64,000 nt of DNA from contig NIVC01001883.1 of assembly GCA_002269645.1 (NCBI GenBank), positions 1 to 64,000 of the forward strand, written 5' to 3'. The stretch is from Macrostomum lignano (lineage: Eukaryota). The notes beneath the pieces are model-generated. The model saw only the letters and a program-made list of their open reading frames with translations, made no database searches and had not been told where the DNA came from. How positions within the stretch are numbered: position 1 is the stretch's first letter; every line of letters starts with the position of its first letter. Below, in pieces: positions 53,101-64,000 of this stretch. The position numbers and the translations under genes are program-made.

Positions 53101-56100
53101 CCCTTCACACCCCGACCCTTCACACCCCGACCCTTCACACCCCGACCCTTCACACCCCGACCCTTCACACCCGACCCTTCGCATCCGCAAACCTTCACAC
53201 CTCAACCCTTCATCACCACGATTCACACCCCAGCCCACCACATTCACTCAATTCTAATTGTTTCATTTAGACAACTGATTGAAGCCAGAGCTGGTTGCTC
53301 AGCAGCGGGAGAATCGGCAAGGCACAAGCGGAGCGGCAGTGAGTCACCGCAGACGGCGAGTCCGCATGGCGAAGCTGTTTCAAATTGGCCAGAATCAGCC
53401 AGCCCGCCGGCACAAAAATGGGACAGAGAGAGAAAACTGCGCTGTACCAAAACTGACTGAGCTTTCACTGCTCACATGCTTTTAGGCCACTTTCGCCTAG
53501 CAGGGCAATTAACCACCGACTCGAGACCGAGTGCTGAGATTATGAGTCAGAATGCTGAAGCACTGGGCTGAGATTGGGAGGGCAGGCTGAGGTTGGGAGG
53601 GCAGGCTGAGATTGGGAGGGCAGGCTGAGATTGGGAAAGCAGGCTGAGATTGGGAAAGCAGGCTGAGGTTGGGAGGTCAGGCTGAGATTGGGAGGACAGG
53701 CTGAGGTTGGGAGGGCAGGTTGAGGTTGGGAGGGCAGGCTGAGGTTGGGAGGGCAGGCTGAGGTTGGGAGGGCAGGTTGAGGTTGGGAGGGCAGGCTGAG
53801 GTTGGGAGGGCAGGCTGAGGTTGGGAGGGCAGGCTGAGGTTTAGAGGTCAGGCTGAGGTTGGGAGGGCCGGCAAGGCGCTCACCCGCCAACAACGTCAGG
53901 CTGAAACCTGACGCCCTTCTTGGAGTCCCGCGACCGCTGCTCGGCGGGGTCCGGCCGGTTCCGCTTCAGGATGGAGCGCGGGCTGCCCGGAGACGCCAGG
54001 GCGCCGGCAGCGGCGGCAGCCTCGGCGACGGAAAATTGGTGAATCGGCGAGTCAGTGCCGGCGCCAGGTGGCATCTGCGTGCGCGCGTAGCCGGCGGTGT
54101 CGGGCAGCGGCCGGCCGGGCTGTGGGTGAATCGCTGGACGGCCGGCCGGTTCCGGAAGCGTCGGCAGGGACTGCTCCAGCGGCGGAGTCGGCGGGGTGGG
54201 CGGCGAATCGGTGCCAGGGGAGTCGGGGATGGCGGCGACATCCGTAGTGACAGTCAGCGGCCAGGCGGGGCCGCAGGCGACGCTGTGCTGCAGCAGAGAC
54301 CGCTCGGGCGAGGTGAACTGGTCGCGCAGCTGCGGCCTGGGAAAAGAGGAAACAGCCACTGAATGTAAGGACAGCTGCGGGTCGGACTCAGTTCCGCCCA
54401 TGCTTATCTCATAGCATCTCTGCTATCCCATAGCATCTCTGCTTATCTCATAGCATCTCCGCTATCCCATAGCATCTCCGCTTATCTCATAGCATCTCTG
54501 CTATCCCATAGCATCTCTGCTTATCTAATAGCATCTCCGCTTATCTCATAGCATCTCTGCTATCCCATAGCATCTCTGCTTATCTCATAGCATCTCCGCT
54601 ATCCCATAGCATCTCCGCTTATCTCATAGCATCTCTGCTATCCCATAGCATCTCTGCTTATCTCATAGCATCTCCGCTTATCTCATAGCATCTCTGCTAT
54701 CCCATAGCATCTCCGCTTATCTCATAGCATCTCTGCTATCCCATATCATCTCCGCTTATCTCATAGCATCTCCGCTTATCTCATAACATCTCCACTTATC
54801 TCATAGCATCTCCGCTTATCTCATAGCATCTCCGCTTATCTCGTCTCCTACCGCTTGAACATGGCGCCCGCCCCTTTTACCTGCAGGTGTTGGTGGCGGC
54901 CTCAAAGTTGTGCAGCCGCTCAGTGAAGGCGAACTTGTTAGCCGCAGCCGGCCGGCACTGCACCGCGGCCTCCGCAGATTTCGTCCGCGCGACTGACGAG
55001 TCGTCGTTGTCTCCGCCGACGCAGCGCGACACCATCAGGCCGGAGCCGGTGGCAGCCGAGGTCGACGCCGTGTCCGGCCGCGCCTGGGAAGCGGCGCTCT
55101 TCACGTCACGGCGAAGAAGTTCGCCGACAAGCTGGGCGAGCTCGCCGGCGCCAAGACCGTAGCTGCGGCGGAGCTGCCGGATTTGCGTCTGGACGGACTG
55201 GCGGCGGTGCACCAGCGTCAGACCCAGCAGACTCGCTGGCAGAGCAAAGAGAAAACCCAGTTAGTGTAACTGCATCAGGACTAGTAGCGAAAGATACTGA
55301 CACAGCGGCACTGCACACACTGACACAGCGGCACTGCACACACTGACACAGCGGCACTGCACACACTGACACAGCGGTGCCTGAAGACTCTAGCAGACAC
55401 CAAACACCCTCACCTTCAGCAGCTTCCGAAGCTTCGTCGACATCGTCAGCGGCATCCAGCGTGGAGACAGCGGCATCGACCAGCGCAGCCGTCGTCCGGT
55501 CGTCGAAGTCGCACGCGTCGAGGCCGACTGAGCGGCGCTCCGGTGGCGCGGCGCAGAAGCTGAGAGACACGTCGCGACAGGCGGGTCGCGCAGTGACGCC
55601 TGCGTGCCGACGACCGGCGCCGCTGCGCCGCCGGCTCCGCTCGTCCTGCTGCTCTGGCGCCGCGTCGGTGCCGACGCACTGATCGACGCCGGGGGCTTCG
55701 TCAGATCGGCAGTCGGCCTGCTGGCTGGCGTCCGCGGTGGGCATAACGGCGACCGCGCAGTCCACGGCAGCATCCTGGCAGGTCGGCCGGGCCTGGGCGG
55801 CGGCCGTCGTCAGCTGCGGCCGACACTCGGAGATTGCGTCGACAACCTCGACGGCGGTGCTTGCGGCCGACGACGTGGACTGCTGAACGGGCGGCTCTTC
55901 GACCGCTTCGGTCTCCGTGGCAATGCAGGACAGCGCGACACGTTCAGTTTCCGAGGCAACGTGCGAGCGGCCGACATCGTCAGTTGCTATGGCTACGCTA
56001 GTAAACGTGGCGGCATCTGTCAGCATTGAAGTGCTGATATACTTTAGTGCCATTGTCTCCATGGCAACGTCGCGAAAGAATTGACGCTCGGTTTCAATGG

Positions 56101-59100
56101 CAACATTGGAATGACCAACGGGAGACGTTGCGAAGGCAAAATCCGACTTTGCGACGGGCACCGTCTCCATGGAAACGTCCGACAGACAAACTGAATCCGT
56201 TTCTATGGAAGCATCGGCAAACAGCGCTTCCCTTGCCTGTTCGTGTGGCTTCTCCGTTCCTATAGCAACGCTGAGAAAGCTGACCACCCGCGTAACCGAA
56301 TTGTCCGGCTCCGTCTGGGTGGCCGTGCCCGGCAGCATCCAGGCAAAGTTCGGCGCCGAGTGCGCCTGCGGACCGGCCTGGCGCTCCACCGGCTCCTCCA
56401 CGGCCTCTCCTTTGAGGTCGTCTTCGTCGCCGATGAGGTCCACGCGAGGGTCGTCCGGGACTTCAATAACGGGCAGTTCGATTTTCGTATCCCGACGCGA
56501 TCGCTCTGGCCGCCTCGATGGTGGCGCCGACTCCTCTGGCCCGGCGGCGCGAGCATCGACAATCAGCTCCTCCATGGCGGATTCCTCGCCGTCAGCAACG
56601 CACACCTGCTGGGAGAAGTCGCGCTGAGCCGGCGGCAGCCGGAGCGGCTCCGTCTGGGTGGCCATGCCCGGCAGCATCCAGGCGAAGTTCGGCGTCGACT
56701 GCGCCTGCGGACAGGTGTGGCACTCAACCGGCTCCTCCACGGCCTCGCCATCGTAATCCTCATCCTCGCCGAGGTGCTGCACGCGCGGATCATCCGGGAC
56801 CTCGATGATCGGCAGCTCGATCATCTTTCTGTCGAAGCCGCGGTGTTGGAATGCGGACCTCGGAGCCGGTGACGACTCCGCTGCCCCGGCGGCGCGGGCA
56901 TCGACGACCAGCTCCTCCATGGCGGATTCCTTGCCGTCAGCGGCACATACCTGCTGGGAGAAGTCGCGCTTCTGAGGGGGCAGCATGAAGGCGAAGCTGA
57001 CCTCCGCCAAGGCTCCGCTGCCAGACTCTGTGGGCTTCTCCGCCTGAGCGGCCATTAGCGGCTCCTCGGCGGCCTCGCCGGCAGCGGCCAGAACGGCCTC
57101 CTCGGCCTCGAGCCGGCGAAGAAGGGCCTCGTCCCAGCCCATGTCTGGCAGCGCCGCCATGGCAGCCGGCACTCGGGCCTCCGTCGCCGGCCGCGGTTCG
57201 TCAGCGGGTCTCGGCGTCGCCGCCCGCGCGCTGACCGGCTCGTCCAAGGAGCCGTCCTCGCTGGCGAACACCGTCTGGCCGAAGTCGACGCCGCCGCTTG
57301 AGCTGCCATCAGCGGCATCTGTGGCGGCATCCGAGAAGGCCTTCAACGCAGCCTGCGTCTCAGCCGATGGTGGCGCCGTGCGAACTGCCGCCTCGCAGCT
57401 GGCGGCGCGGGCCTCCCAGAGCGAGGATGTAGAGACGCCGGAGGCTGAGGGTGGGCCAAAATAAAAAAGTATGTTTGAACTCGACTTAGTATATGCGCAA
57501 TGCTACAGGCATGTTGCTTTCGGCTTGCTTTATTAGTTTTACATTACTGCCTTTGTTGCTTAATCTGTACAGAAGGGGCACTGCTAGCCTGATCTGCACA
57601 GGGCACTGCTAGCCTGATCTGCACAGGACACTGCTAGCCTGATCTGTACAGGGCACTGCTAGCCTGATCTGCACAGGGCACTGCTAGCCTGATCTGCACA
57701 GGGCACTGCTAGCCTGATCTGTACTGGAAGGGCACTGCTAGCCTGATCTGCACAGGGCACTGCTAGCCTGATCTGCACAGGGCACTGCTAGCCTGATCTG
57801 TACTGGAAGGGCACTGCTAGCCTGATCTGCACAGGGCACTGCTAGCCTGATCTGTACTGGAAGGGCACTGCTAGCCTGATCTGTACAGGAAGGGCACTGC
57901 TAGCCTGATCTGTACTGGAAGGGCACTGCTAGCCTGATCTGTACAGGAAGGGCACTGCTAGCCTGATCTGTACTGGAAGGGCACTGCTAGCCTGATCTGC
58001 ACAGGGCACTGCTAGCCTGATCTGTACTGGAAGGGCACTGCTAGCCTGATCTGTACAGGAAGGGCACTGCTAGCCTGATCTGCACAGGGCACTGCTAGCC
58101 TGATCTGTACTGGAAGGGCACTGCTAGCCTGATCTGTACAGGAAGGGCACTGCTAGCCTGATCTGTACAGGAAGGGCACTGCTAGCCTGATCTGTACAGG
58201 AAGGGCACTGCTAGCCTGATCTGTACTGGAAGGGCACTGCTAGCCTGATCTGCACAGGGCACTGCTAGCCTGATCTGTACTGGAAGGGCACTGCTAGCCT
58301 GATCTGTACAGGAAGGGCACTGCTAGCCTGATCTGCACAGGGCACTGCTAGCCTGATCTGTACTGGAAGGGCACTGCTAGCCTGATCTGTACAGGAAGGG
58401 CACTGCTAGCCTGATCTGTACAGGAAGGGCACTGCTAGCCTGATCTGTACAGGAAGGGCACTGCTAGCCTGATCTGTACTGGAAGGGCACTGCTAGCCTG
58501 ATCTGTACAGGGCACTGCTAGCCTGATCTGTACTGGAAGGGCACTGCTAGCCTGATCTGTACAGGAAGGGCACTGCTAGCCTGATCTGTACTGGAAGGGC
58601 ACTGCTAGCCTGATCTGTACTGGAAGGGCACTGCTAGCCTGATCGGCACCCACCACCTGCAACCCGAATATTAGTCAGTTCATTCCCATTTGCTCAATTT
58701 GTTCAGTTCTTTGTGACGCGCAGAATGCAAACACAATTAAATAATGGCATTACGACTATTCAATAACTGATGATAACAGATGGGCAATCTGCACACAGCT
58801 AAACAGTTGAGAAATCTTCCATATAACTAATATTTAACTATTCGAATAATTACATGTGTGCCGAGCACCGCACCAGCTGCCGCCCAAATGCAGCCAGAAC
58901 CAATTAATCGCTCAACTGCAAACAGTTGACATCCCGCAACTTTTCTATCTAAGGCCGCTTTTACAAAGTTGTCACGTGACCCCATATTTGTGGCGAAAAA
59001 AGGCCGGCACAGCAGATGAGCTTGGGAAAAACTGGCAGCCCAAATCAAAGGCTCACTTGCAAACTGAACAGTCGGTGCGGGGCGCTGAAGCCGCTGCAGC

Positions 59101-59687
59101 AGCAAATCCTCCTGCTGCTCCTGCGGCTGCCGAGGCGGAGGCGACAGGGTTGAGTTTTCCCGACGTCCGCTGACGCTGTGAGGCCGCCGACTTTGCCGCG
59201 GCGGCTGACGTTCAGCGGAGGCCTCCTCTGAGGCTTCCAGCTGTTGATACGGCTGCACCGTCAGTCGCCGCTGGGTGGTGCCAAAAGTGGCGAATGTGTC
59301 CTGATCCTTGGGGTCTGGCCGCGGAGCTGGCGACGGCGACAGCGGCGACATGGGCGAGCCGCTGGTCAAGGAGGTGAGCTCGTCGATGAGGTCCTGCACG
59401 CTGCCGCCGCCTGTGGAGGCTGAGGGTCCCACTGGCCCGCGCAGGCCCGAAGCTGGCGGCGGCGGCGGCGGCTTGCGTCGATCCGGGACGGCGCCGACGC
59501 TGCCACCGCGGGCGCGTCGGCGGGCTGGACGGGCGGCGCCATTGGCGCCACTAGGAGAGGGGCTGCCAGCGTTCACAGAGCGCGCGAAGCTCACAAAGCT
59601 GCTGTCGATGTGGTAGCCGAAGGGGCAGCAGCTGCAGCGGTGGCTGTCAGCAGGGCCGGAACTGCGGGCCCCGACTGACTGCATCAT
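43437..59687 (-). CDS. KANK: KN motif and ankyrin repeat domain protein (KANK/vab-19 family), 10 exons, ~1544 aa
   Basis: Phase-consistent GT-AG exons: 59687-59057, 57444-55414, 55235-54881, 54336-53884, 52647-52338, 49484-49335, 46665-46150, and tentatively 44749-44710, 44398-44323, 43509-43437. KN motif CCPFGYHIDSSFVSF; RSILK..KKGVRF..GG plus acidic tract; RDWFRVSS..VVNMADDN|GNTSLHYSVSHG; ankyrin repeats GHTALMLSASHG, GSTALMFAAEHG, GSTALSIAMASG. The last three exons are less certain. Confidence 0.9.
43565..43800. repeat. 12-bp minisatellite (GGAACCRGATSC)n, KANK intron 9
   Basis: Direct inspection. Confidence 0.9.
44815..45345. repeat. 19-bp minisatellite (CACATTCACACAAACTAGT)n, KANK intron 7
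   Basis: Direct inspection. Confidence 0.92.
45740..46060. repeat. ~25-bp repeat (GAACAAAGACTATGGACAGTGAGAT)n
   Basis: Direct inspection. Confidence 0.85.
46696..47110. repeat. (GACA)n microsatellite next to the ankyrin-exon acceptor
   Basis: Direct inspection. Confidence 0.97.
47655..48205. repeat. 15-bp minisatellite (CCTATCCTACTCTGT)n
   Basis: Direct inspection. Confidence 0.95.
48645..49310. repeat. ~28-bp minisatellite (GCAGCAGCCACTGGAGAGTCAGGGAGGG)n
   Basis: Direct inspection. Confidence 0.95.
49595..50090. repeat. 30-bp minisatellite (ATCCCATCCTCTGAGTTTCCCATTCGACAA)n
   Basis: Direct inspection; two sub-variants (GGGCTTCCCAAT and GAGTTTCCCATT) occur in blocks. Confidence 0.95.
50725..51158. 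repeat. 31-bp minisatellite (CCACTGGCTGTCAGGAGTATCAATTGATCAA)n
   Basis: About 13 near-identical copies, each containing the palindrome ATCAATTGAT. Confidence 0.95.
51528..52275. repeat. 15-16-bp minisatellite (CAACAGGTACCCATCA / CAACAGGTAGCATCC)n
   Basis: Direct inspection. Confidence 0.95.
52712..53190. repeat. 15-bp minisatellite (CACACCCCGACCCTT)n
   Basis: Direct inspection; highly homogeneous. Confidence 0.97.
53563..53865. repeat. ~19-bp G-rich minisatellite (GGGAGGGCAGGCTGAGGTT)n
   Basis: Direct inspection. Confidence 0.93.
54402..54842. repeat. ~20-bp minisatellite (TATCTCATAGCATCTCCGCT)n
   Basis: Direct inspection. Confidence 0.93.
55298..55380. repeat. ~23-bp repeat (TGACACAGCGGCACTGCACACAC)x3-4 in the 178-nt KANK intron 2
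   Basis: Direct inspection. Explains the out-of-character CVQC segment in ORF 55106..57346. Confidence 0.85.
57582..58645. repeat. 25-29-bp minisatellite (GGGCACTGCTAGCCTGATCTGTACAGGAA)n, KANK intron 1
   Basis: About 38 copies; constant 21-bp core with a few recurring linkers. Confidence 0.97.
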
Positions 59688-59760
59688 GGCTGCACTGGCT
59701 CTGTAGGCGGCTACATGAATCAGTATTGAGTGGTTGCTATGGAAATTAAAAATTGTTCCA

Positions 59761-60200
59761 AATCCATGATACTAAAAATAGTTTGTCAGTATCTAGGTAA
59801 GTATCTATGTGATTGATTTCAGAAAAAACGGCTCAACCAATTTTCTTCAAACTTGCACCATTTTATCATTTTTCCTTTGGGACTAAAAATAACTTTTTAG
59901 CAAGGAATAGTTGTTCGTTTTTAATTCTGTTTCAAAGAAAGCAATTGCATATTTTAAGTAAAAGCTCAAAACAATATATTCAATTCATATAGATTATTTA
60001 CTTATACATTACAAGTTAACCACTGAACTTCTTTGAATAAAAGCATAATGAAAAAAACTAATACATACCATTAAAAATCTTATAAAAAACAAATATATAT
60101 ATTTATAGAATTAGAAGTTTGAAGAAAACTGGTTCAGCAGTTTTTTCTAAAATAGATCACACACATACCTACGGACAAACCATTTTTAGTATATGGAAAT
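59761..60200. mobile_element. Fold-back element with ~90-bp imperfect inverted ends
   Basis: CCATGATACTAAAAATAGTTTGTC..AAAAAACGGCTCAACCAATTTTCTTCAAACTT mirrored by AAGTTTGAAGAAAACTGGTTCAGCAGTTTTTT..GACAAACCATTTTTAGTATATGG. Confidence 0.65.
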
Positions 60201-61334
60201 AGTTGGGCATCAGTGAAAGACTTGCCAAAATACTATTTAGTTTAAGCAAATAGAAATTCATAACTGTAATGAAAACTCATAATAACTTAGATATTTAATT
60301 CAATACAATGATGTAGCTTTGAATAGGTTAAAGCCAAAGAAAGGGTGGGGTGGCCATCGCAAGGAGATAAAATGTAAAAAATGGAGCTACTTTTGAAGTA
60401 GCTCAAAAATTTGTGAGACAAGTCGATTTTTACTAAAGTACCTATTTTCCCTTGGCTCCCTTTTCGGTATTGACCTCTTATAGTGATCTAATTCCATAGC
60501 TCAAACTGACTGGATTTGTATGTTGCATTATTAATATTAATCATGAAATTTAGCTAGGAATATACTGTGCATACTAGAAACAAATAGATAAATAAAATTA
60601 AATTTATAAAATATTGAAACTAAATTCGCTATTTAATAAGCTTAAAACAAAATATCAAGACTGCAGTGTGGGTCTCGGTCAGGTCAGGTCTAATTCAATT
60701 CCAAAGTAAGGAAAATACTCGTAACTTGCATGTAATTTGAAAAAAGAGACTACTCTTGTTTAAATTTATAACAAGTCATATAGAATTAAGTAAGCTCTTT
60801 ATATACATTGAAATTTCCATTTTTAATACATAAGAAAAAATACATTTAAGATCATTTTATTCAAAGATTAGGTGTTCTTTTTTCGTAACAGTAAAAAAGC
60901 ATAATTTGCGCTCGTTTCCAAAACTACACAAAAATCAAGGACTACTCTAGTAGAAGGAATGACCTCGTGTCTTAGAAATTTCTAGAAGGCTTTTTCCGTC
61001 CTTCTAGTTTGGTAGTCATTGGCATGAATTTGCAAGACAGCATGAATTTGTGTGTTGACGTTCGATCCACTGCATGTGGAGGCCAGACTGTCTAGCCATC
61101 TTTGAGTGCCCTTGAAAATCTGCCTTTTAAATTTCACAGGATAATGTACAGTATGGTTGAACCAATTAGTAAGCTGTTTACGTCTGCAAATAGCTTGGCT
61201 TCTAAACTTATTAAAATAATCGCAGCTGCCTTTCATTTATTCTTATGAAATATCATACTGCATGCATTCTTCATTGCTATTAAACTGAAAGTAGAAAGCT
61301 GTTTTGCTAAGTATATATTATGCAGGAGTGGCCC

Positions 61335-61655
61335 GGGTCCATAAGAATTTCCCGCAGACGAATTGCCCGCCGAGTTTTTTCCCGCCAAGGTTTGCCCGCA
61401 ATGCTTTTTCCTGCAGCGCATTTGGTAGCTAGATTCTGTCTGCATTGCCCCCCCCCCAAAAAAATACGCATTTGATATATGCATGCAGTTACTATCAAAA
61501 CGTTTTGATCGGGTAAATCTCTTTATTAAAACTTACTAAGCATTGGGGAGGCAATGCAGACAAAATCTGCCGCGTGGCCAAATGCGCTGCAGGAAAAAAG
61601 CAATGCGGGCAAATCTCGGCGGGCAGTTCGTCTGCGGGCATTTCTCGTGCTCTCG
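61335..61655. mobile_element. Palindromic MITE with ~115-bp inverted arms
   Basis: CCCGCAGACGAATTGCCCGCCGAG..CTGCAGCGCATTTGG..GTCTGCATTGCC mirrored at 61545-61650. Confidence 0.75.
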
Positions 61656-62888
61656 ATCAGTGGCCCATCCAGTTATTCTACAGGGGTCAACAAACCTTTT
61701 ACCTCAAGGGCTAGATGAAGAATCCGGCTCATTCTGCGGAGTGGAAAGGATCGAGGTAATTAGAAGATGAGAGATTGGAGAGAGAGTGGAGATGGTAGAG
61801 AGGAAAGGATCAGAGAGGAGAGGAGAGAGGAACAGGGAGAGGGGAGAGAAGAGAGAAGAGAGGGTGTCTGGTGTCTGAACTTAACGAGACACCAACCTTG
61901 AGCGGACGGGATTGCTATTGTGAAGTTTCAATGAACCATGCAGAATTGTGTACATGACTAATTGAGTAGTCCCTGCATGAATGTAACATACATGTACATG
62001 TACATATTGTACACGTACAACAGTACATGTGTTTTTTTGCAGTCGATCAATCATTGCCCTTCGCAAGCCATATTTCATATCCTGGAAAAGCATATTGGAA
62101 GATGGCTCATAATCGCGCGGGTTAGAAATACTGCAAGGTCTTGCAAAAACATTTAAGATTTGCCACCAGTAACTTTTCGATGCTTTTAGTTGGCCTCCTC
62201 TCACAATTTTCACGATTCCGCTTTAGTGAAGCCCTCGATGGAATGATGAAAAAACACTGCAAAACACGATCAACACTTCAATTTGAAATGAAATTTTACG
62301 AGTGAAAGTCCACGACTCGTCCACTACAAGTCGCGATCTTGTATGATAATCATGAGTATTTATGAATATTGTAAGAATTATCTACAATCATTCTCAGTTG
62401 ACATCAGGCATCGATGATTTTTGTCACAATGCCAGCTTGTAAGTCCTATCAAAATTAAGAATTTGTACTTCAATTTTCGGCGGCTACGAGATTTATTTTT
62501 GCGCGAAGGAAAATGGGGACAGGCCACCTAAAAATATTATAAATTCAGTGCTGAAACTGAAATCACTCGAATTAACTCAGTGCTGAGGGTATAGTTTCAA
62601 TATATTTGAAACTTCTAGACAAAAAACTGAATTACAAATTACAAGAGTCCACTGGAGTTGCTTGCTGCAAGCATGTTCGAAAACGATAAGTAGCTGTTAA
62701 AAACAGCTGCATTGCTGCTCTTCAGGGTTCCTCCTCCATCAGCATGTCGAATCTCACTTCTGCAAGGTAAATCAAAATAATAAGCACACAAGTAAAAGAC
62801 CTCTTAGAAAAAAGACCAGTTATGATCAAGACCAAAATATTGGCGAGAAAAGCCGCCTGCAGACCGCACTGCATTCTCAGTTTACGAA

Positions 62889-63358
62889 TAGGGATCGCAA
62901 TCGAATCCCAGGATAAATTTTTGCGTTTTTTACAAAGTGTTATAAAATGAACAAATTGGGCCCAAAACTACGCTCGTAGTTCATTATTTATACTGCGCTA
63001 ATCTCCGTAGTTGTCTCACATCGTGTGGTGTTTTTTTCAACCCGAGTGACAACTAAAAGTCTGTTAGAATTTTCGTTTTCGCTTTTCAAATTACGAGTAC
63101 TTAATGGCTACACTTGGTATTGGTTGGTAGTTGCTAGTTGCTAGATTTGATGCTGTATGAGAGTGAGAGTAGATAGTCTCAACAGAGTCAATTTAGAGCT
63201 TTAGAAACTTTAACAAAATCTTTTACACTTTTTCTACTCTACTATCAACATTCGACATACAGTACACAATACACACATGTATCTCGCATTACATACAAGC
63301 TTAAAAATCAGTGTTTTTCTGATTACGGAATCGCAAAAACGGGATTTTGCGATCCCTA
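62889..63358. mobile_element. hAT-type MITE
   Basis: TIR TAGGGATCGCAA / TTGCGATCCCTA; perfect 8-bp TSD TTTACGAA (62881-62888, 63359-63366). Confidence 0.9.
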
Positions 63359-63769
63359 TTTACGAATTGAATCATTCAAGCCAATCTTGCGAATATAATA
63401 TTGCTAGCAAAAGAAAATTTAAACTTCTAAATGTATTGATCGTATAGGGCTCTGTGGTCTGTGGAGAGAAAGCATTGCGTGTTCACCAAACCAATCAGAC
63501 AGAAGCAAACGGCAGCACCCGCACAGCACAGACCAATAAGTATAGCTAGACTGCGCATCCAGCATTGCTTGCCTTGGACTCGTTTTTTTGACAAAATGAC
63601 AAAGCAAAAAATGGTCCTCTGTACCCCAGCCCAAAACGATCGATATTTATGGCCTGGGGAAGGGGGGTTTCGATCACAAACTCGAAATTTCACAACGTCG
63701 AAAGCACCTTTCACTAAATCGAAATTTCACAAGGTCGAAATTTCAGAACATCGAAAACTCAAATAGCAA

Positions 63770-64000
63770 CCACTTTCACAAGGTCGAAACTTCACAAGGT
63801 CGAAACTTCACAAGGTCGAAACTTCACAAGGTCGAAACTTCACAAGGTCGAAACTTCACAAGGTCGAAACTTCACAAGGTCGAAACTTCACAACATTGAA
63901 AACTTTAGCAAGGGACTTCATCGAAAACTCAAATAGCAGCCACTTTCACAAGGTCGAAACTTCACAAGGTCGAAACTTCACAAGGTCGAAACTTCACAAC
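63770..64000. repeat. 16-bp minisatellite (CACAAGGTCGAAACTT)n running off the window
   Basis: Direct inspection. Confidence 0.92.

Noticed and set aside
38694-53460. Periodic ORFs such as 38694..39464, 46247..47113, 49542..50057, 51528..52277 and 52585..53460
   Set aside because: They are stop-free readings of intronic minisatellites.
57582-58645. CRISPR-like constant 21-bp core with variable linkers
   Set aside because: Linkers are 4-8 bp and drawn from about four recurring variants, so this is a minisatellite.

Overview
Eukaryotic, animal-type genomic DNA. GC-rich exons are separated by introns filled with minisatellites, and intergenic DNA is AT-rich and transposon-dense. The style (TTAGGG motifs, (CAGA)n tracts, one minisatellite per intron) is most consistent with a flatworm such as Macrostomum lignano; this is inference and was not verified. 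All reconstructed genes are on the minus strand: a frameshifted LIM-domain gene fragment (~390-855); a PDSS1-like trans-prenyl diphosphate synthase (4741-6331) with three intronic box C/D snoRNAs; a 10-exon KANK/vab-19 gene (43437-59687); and, directly downstream of KANK, an intact 4-exon, 692-aa gene for a bacterial-type wing-domain, AAT-fold Lys/Arg/Orn decarboxylase (38510-41559). The decarboxylase is the standout: an apparently horizontally acquired, intronised bacterial enzyme that may be expressed as the downstream cistron of a trans-spliced operon. Mobile DNA includes a 12.7-kb head-to-tail array of six non-autonomous Helitron-like units with internal TTAGGG repeats, a deleted P-element/THAP9 transposon, mariner and hAT MITEs, and a hAT MITE family carrying a 64-bp 28S rRNA segment whose R2/I-PpoI site is scrambled. 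One copy of that MITE is interrupted by a full-length APE-RT-RNaseH LINE. Several frameshifts are single-base deletions, mostly in homopolymer runs, and may be assembly errors.
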